DNA of 14,283 nt from positions 1 to 14,283 of the forward strand of contig JAAOMT010000320.1 in NCBI GenBank assembly GCA_016748015.1. The letters run 5' to 3'. The position numbers were made by a program, and so were the translations under genes. This stretch comes from Geosiphon pyriformis uo1 (taxonomy: Eukaryota > Fungi > Glomeromycota). Positions 9,506 to 14,283 of the stretch are shown here, in pieces. The first letter of the stretch is position 1; each line of letters opens with the position of its first letter. Under the pieces are notes generated by a model. It was not told the DNA's origin and ran no database searches. It saw nothing but the letters and a program-made list of their open reading frames with translations.

Positions 9506-9699
9506 ATTTTTTCTCGAGTGCTGCTCTACTGAACAAAGGTGAATTGATGGTTTCCTCCAATTCGAAAGGAAAGATGGCTGTGAGAGATTTGTTTTCAGTA
9601 ACCATTGCTGGTGGAATATTGTTGATGAGTGTTGTTTGGAGTGGGTTGGATTCCAAGCTGTTGGTGATGGCATCTTCTGGGGTGACCAAGAGACTTAAA

Positions 9700-11903
9700 T
9701 AGTTTTGGGAATTTAGGTTTTGGGTGGAACCAATACCCAGATTCCGCTGTCAAAAGTCTGATAGTTGGTAAGAGGAGCTGGAAATCAGTTAATGAACAAC
9801 CATTGCCAATCTCCAGTTTTGAGTAATTCTAGGTCTTGGGTTTCCTGATGTCATTTGAGTGGAGTTTTGGAGTGGTGTTTGAATTGGTTTTTGGGGCTGA
9901 TAAATTATTTGGGGCTGCGGCTGATAAATTACTGGTGGCTGCGATTGATAAATTGGAGGTTGATATACTGGCAGTTGATAGATTGGTTGCTGCATCATTG
10001 GCAGGTAAGTGGTTTGATATTGGTCTTGATTTGGGTAGTAATTCTGAGTCTGAAATCTGCAATCGAAGTTTCAATATTGATTTTCCAATTATAAATTGTT
10101 GCTATAAAATTAACAGTCAGCTTTAATGTGACTTTGTTTACTACAATTGTGGCAAACATGCGTTTCTGGCTGCCATAGCTGATTGGGTAATGATGATGAC
10201 AATGATGTTAATGGACACAGCTGATTTTGGAAACAATTTATGTTTCCTGAATTATTGTGTTGTTGTGGTGGTTGATAGATTGCACAATTGTCAGCTAAGT
10301 ATCCCTCTAGTTTCTGATTGATTGTATCACTAAATTGTTTCAGTTTGGAATCCAAGTTAGATGATCTGTTCATTACTAAATTTACAGCTTGGGCATGGTT
10401 GGCTTCTAGCTCGGCTGCTTCAAAATTTCTGGCGTGGATAACGGCAGTTGAAAGGTCAATTGGATGCATTGGACGTACTCACTGAAAGATACTACTGTGC
10501 AATTCTCTGATGAACTGGTTCAAGATCTGTGGCACTATAAAGTAATCAGCTTGAATTGCCTGAATTTGGCGCAGATTTTTATAGAAGCATCCTAAGTAAG
10601 TGGTGACTGCTTCTGTGTTCTCTTGTTTGATGGTAGTGAATGTGTTGGTCAAGTGATTGATACTATTGTTATTATTAAAGTATCTCAAGAATTCTGTTTT
10701 GAACTCATTAAAAGTTTGTGATTTGGCAGCTAGGCTTTGATACTATGAGTCAGTGGTATCTTTGAGAAAATAGAAGATTGCTTGAAGGGCTTTACCACTG
10801 TTTTATCTATTGGCTACTATGGCTTTTTCAATGTCGTTGAGCCATATTTGGGTGTTGTTCTCTTCGCTGGTAAAATTGTCAAGTTTTGTGATTGGTATGT
10901 AGGCCATTAGATCTAAATTGGGTTGTTGTGGTGGTAGTTGAAGTAGTTGTTGTTGCACGAGTTGTTGGGGTGATAGTTGAAGTGGTAGTTGTATAGGTTC
11001 AGCTATTGGATTAATTGGTGATTGATCGATAACAATTACTGGAGGTAAGTTTTGTTAATTTATTAAATTGGAGTTTCGATTATACTGAGTTGGTGGTGTC
11101 CAAATGTTTGGAGTTTTGATTTCCAGATTTTCTGGGTTTAAATTTTGCTGGGTTTGAAAATTCTGGATTTCAAATTCCAGGTTTTCAGTGATTGGGTTCT
11201 GGTAAGTGAATTCTTAATCTTCAGTTTCTTTTTCTTCTTTCTTTTCTTCTGATTCTGTTACTTTCTATGGATCAGAAATTCTGAAATCTGGAGAAGGCGG
11301 TGGCAATTGGAGTCCTGATGGCATTAATGATCACAAGTTAAATTCTTCAAAATACATGTCATATGGTCTTAATAATTCTGCTTTTTTTTGTTTACTTTGG
11401 AATGAGAATTGTCCAAATACTAACATTGTGTTTGATGTGGCCGTGTCAGTAGATGTAATATTAATGGCACTTCCGGGTATATAGTGATATGATGAATTAG
11501 TTGGGGACTCAACTCTTGTTTTTTTCCAAGTAGGTGGTTGTATTCTTTTGGGTGTTACTGTTGGTGTTTGCAGTTTTTTTTTGCCTTTGCTTGCGTAAGT
11601 AATGGAGTATCTTTGCTGTGTGTGGTGTTTAATTTCTTTGTTGATTTCTATGATAATAAAGGCAAAATTGTGGTTTGTTGACAGGTTGGTATTTTGAATT
11701 AATTTACTGTAAAAGGCTTCTCTTGCTGATTTAATATTTACTGGTGTTCTTAACAGATAGGCAATTTTTTCGTTGACATAGAAATTGAAAGCTGATTCCA
11801 CTAATATGTGGTTGTGATTTAATTCCAAATGTTGACAGTAGTGTTGAAATAAGAATTTCGCGAATCCTAGATGGTTTGCTCTTATGTTTTCTGATTCTGC
11901 CAC
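9700..11903 (-). pseudogene. gag (N-terminal extension, capsid, CCHC knuckle, YQP-rich tail), element B
   Basis: ORFs 11331-11903, 10479-10688, 10110-10469 and 9789-9998 share one frame. Knuckle CHNCSKQSHIKADC at 10113-10154. Same frame as pol, so no gag/pol frameshift. Confidence 0.92.
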
Positions 11904-11942
11904 TTTTAAATTTGTGTTGGTGCTGGTTTTTTGTAGGATTAT

Positions 11943-11960
11943 ACCTTACAGGGAGCACCA
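11943..11960 (-). other. Primer binding site, element B
   Basis: TGGTGCTCCCTGTAAGGT starts 2 nt after the LTR end TGTAACA. Confidence 0.87.
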
Positions 11961-12504
11961 AATGTTACAGGTGACTAATTTTGGTGTTGAATTAGATAAC
12001 AAACCTGTAACTTGGTGTTCAAATCTAGTTGTAGTTGATAGTGATCTGAAGGTTTGTGTCTGAAAGATTTGTATTCAAAGAGTTTGGTTGAGTTCTTTGT
12101 ATAATAGACAGAGATTCAATGATAATAGTTTTATCCATAGCTTCCCAAAACCACAGTTTTATCAATTTCTTTCTCAGCTTAATGGCCAGTATTCCTCCTG
12201 GTAAGCTATCCTCAATTGAGTGTTCTACCCTTATTTCTGGGTCTTTTACCAGTTATGTTTATTCTGACATCAGTACTTTGCACATTAATTCTCAATAGAG
12301 TTAGTAAACAACAATAAAATCAAGACAAGAAATAAAGAAAAGAAAAGAAAATAAAGAAAGAAAAGAAATAAGCCAAGGTGATTTACAAGTTAGTATTCCG
12401 TCAATAGCCATGATCAAGAGCTATTGTTCTAGTATGGTTAAGTATCAATTACTATTAACATGAAGTGTTGATAGTGGCAGTGGGTTTGAGATAACAAACA
12501 GTTA

Positions 12505-12772
12505 TTTATTTGTGGTTTGGAAAGTTGTTTAAATAAAATCTAAACTGAGAGATCTGTTTTTTTAGCTTCTAATCCTACTGCTATATATACATAATTGAGA
12601 TTCCTTAATTCCTCAATTCTTTACAACAGGAATCCTGCAATTTCTTTGAGAGGAATCCTGAAATTCTGGAATTCTGCAATTTCTTGTGAGAATCCTGTAA
12701 TTCTTGGAATCTTGTAATTCCTGAAAGGAATCCTGGAATTCCACATTTTACTATGTCTACTTCTGATTGGTT
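12505..12772 (-). promoter_or_regulatory. LTR promoter and polyadenylation signals, element B
   Basis: AACCAATCAG (12763-12772), TATATATA (12582-12589) and AATAAA (12505-12510) on the minus strand. Confidence 0.65.
12597..12742. repeat. Degenerate GGAATCCT/AATTCCT repeat array in U3, element B LTR
   Basis: aggaatcctg, ggaattc and aattcct units repeated many times. Confidence 0.8.
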
Positions 12773-12818
12773 AATAACTATGCTAATATATATATTTCTT
12801 ATATTTCTATGAGTAACA

Positions 12819-14164
12819 ATGATTATAATTGGTTCTAAATCTTGAATCTCATCTGGTTTGACTAGTATTCTCTGTACTCTTAATTGTGGAATATTATTGG
12901 TGAATAACAATGCTATATGGTAATATTGTTTCAGTTGATTACTATGTGCTGCTTTGGTTAAGATTTTGTTATTCAACTTTAATTTATAAGCTTCATTTTC
13001 AAGAATTTTTTCTATGTGAAATAGTCTGTCTCATTTGGGGTCAAATTTTTCACTTCATTGTTTTTCTGTTTTAATATGATGCAGAAGTACTTTGTCTTCA
13101 ATCTTGAATTCAACTGGTTTCTCTGGTAGTTGGTTATCATGTCTTTTTTTTTGTTTTACTTGTGACTTTTGAATGTTATCAGCTGCTCTTCACTATGTGT
13201 TTTCTAATGTCTCCATTAAGTCATATGTTCTTCTTAACAATGTTTTTTAAAAAATTTTTTCTGTTATTGGTTTTGTTGGATATGTCTTAATTTCTATCTC
13301 AACTGGTAATGTTGTTATTCTACTGTATATTAATTTGAATGATGTTGCTTATGTAGTGTCTTGCTTTATTGTCTAATAAGCAAATAATACTGATGATATA
13401 ATCAAATCTCATTCATCCTGGTTTTTTTGGCAATAGCTTCATACAATATTCTGTTAAATTTTTCAACTAATCCATTTGTTTGTGGATGGTATGGTGATAA
13501 TAATAGTCTTTTTATTCCAAATCTTTGACTTAATTCTGTTAATGTTCTATTCACAAAGTGAGTTCTTTGATCCAATAACAATTTTTTTGGATATCTGTGT
13601 CGACAGATCAAGTCTTGATGAACAAATTCAGCAACAAATTCTGCATCTGTTTTTTGAATGGCTTTTGCTTCTGGCTATTTTATAAGATAATTCATGCTAC
13701 TGCAATATATTTGTTGCCTCTGCTGGTGATTGTTAATGGTCCAACTAAGTCAATTTTAATATAATCAAATAGTTGTCCTACTTTGATTGGTTTCAATGGT
13801 TCACTGAGTTTTGTTCCTTCTTTTTTTTGACAAGCATCACAATTTGAGCATATTAAATGATGTTTGGATATATTGATGGCCAATAGTATTTTTTTCTGGT
13901 TCTTTTCATTGTTGCTTTTTTATAAAAATGTCCTGCTGTTGGATTTGAGTACATGTTGAACAATATTGTCTCTTTCTCTGGTTTTGTGATTACTCTGATT
14001 GGTTGATTTGGATTCTTTTTGTTTTTCTGGTAAAGTATATTTTGGTAATTGATAAAATATTTTAATTGTTGTTTTATGTTGTTTTGTTCTTTTTGAGATA
14101 ATTTTTTCTTGAACAATTGGGTATTTATATAATATTAAAGTTGTTAATATTTTTGTATATTCAT
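12819..14164 (-). pseudogene. Integrase, element A (heavily decayed, cut at DLEPIII by the LTR)
   Basis: GHF..ATMKR..YYWP, CDACQ, IDLVGPL and SPYHPQTNGLVEKFN. Confidence 0.92.
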
Positions 14165-14283
14165 GTTTTGTTATATTTTTGGGTTGAAATGTTTTTAGAT
14201 TTGTTTCATTCATAACAAACTGTCAGCATTTCTATTTTCTTTTTCCTTTTTATAGTGTACTGTAAATATATATGGTAATAATA
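12819..14283 (-). mobile_element. Ty3/gypsy LTR retrotransposon, element A (RNase H end plus integrase; continues beyond right edge)
   Basis: Colinear with 4209-5715 of element B. Confidence 0.92.

Larger units (their letters stand above)
4150..12818 (-). mobile_element. Ty3/gypsy LTR retrotransposon, element B (5' LTR to integrase end; PPT and own 3' LTR not identified)
   Basis: Domain order gag-PR-(dUTPase)-RT-RH-IN is diagnostic of Ty3/gypsy. LTR and PBS lie at the right end. Confidence 0.96.
11963..12818 (-). repeat. Long terminal repeat (856 bp), 5' LTR of element B
   Basis: Perfect TGTTAC...GTAACA termini and homology to 3289-4149. Confidence 0.88.

Noticed and set aside
9829-10126. 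Overlapping S/T-rich and antisense ORFs here and at 1188-1476
   Set aside because: These are shadow frames of the YQP repeat. The true frame is CAA-rich and gains stops faster under C>T mutation.
3289-12818. Element B as a complete element bounded by two cognate LTRs
   Set aside because: There is no PPT, the left LTR is followed by a PBS rather than a TSD, and the LTRs have unalignable blocks. A shared-LTR tandem is disfavoured but not excluded.
12605-12976. 123-aa ORF as a distinct gene
   Set aside because: It is a chimera of the integrase A C-terminus reading into the LTR U3 repeat.

Overview
AT-rich eukaryotic, probably fungal, DNA made up entirely of three related, decayed Ty3/gypsy LTR retrotransposons on the minus strand. 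Element A (12819-14283) shows only the end of RNase H plus integrase. Element B (4150-12818) has a 5' LTR, a PBS and a polyprotein: long N-terminal extension, Gag CA/NC, YQP repeat, aspartic protease, Cys-rich unknown domain, dUTPase, degenerate dUTPase-like spacer, RT, RNase H and integrase. Element C (1-4149) has a 5' LTR, PBS, gag, protease and the start of the Cys-rich domain. All coding regions are pseudogenised, mostly by C>T/G>A stop codons. Neither ~860-bp LTR is preceded by a polypurine tract, and both abut the extreme 3' end of the neighbouring integrase at sites ~59 bp apart. This points to Russian-doll nested insertion into a hotspot rather than a tandem array sharing LTRs. Other notable points are the unusual polyprotein (Zn-finger cargo, dUTPase plus pseudo-dUTPase), a Gag extension with no AUG, a possibly separately initiated integrase and a conserved structured U5. 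The proteins remind me of Glomeromycota (e.g. Geosiphon) repeats, but that is recollection and is not verified. Domain boundaries are approximate and were read by eye.
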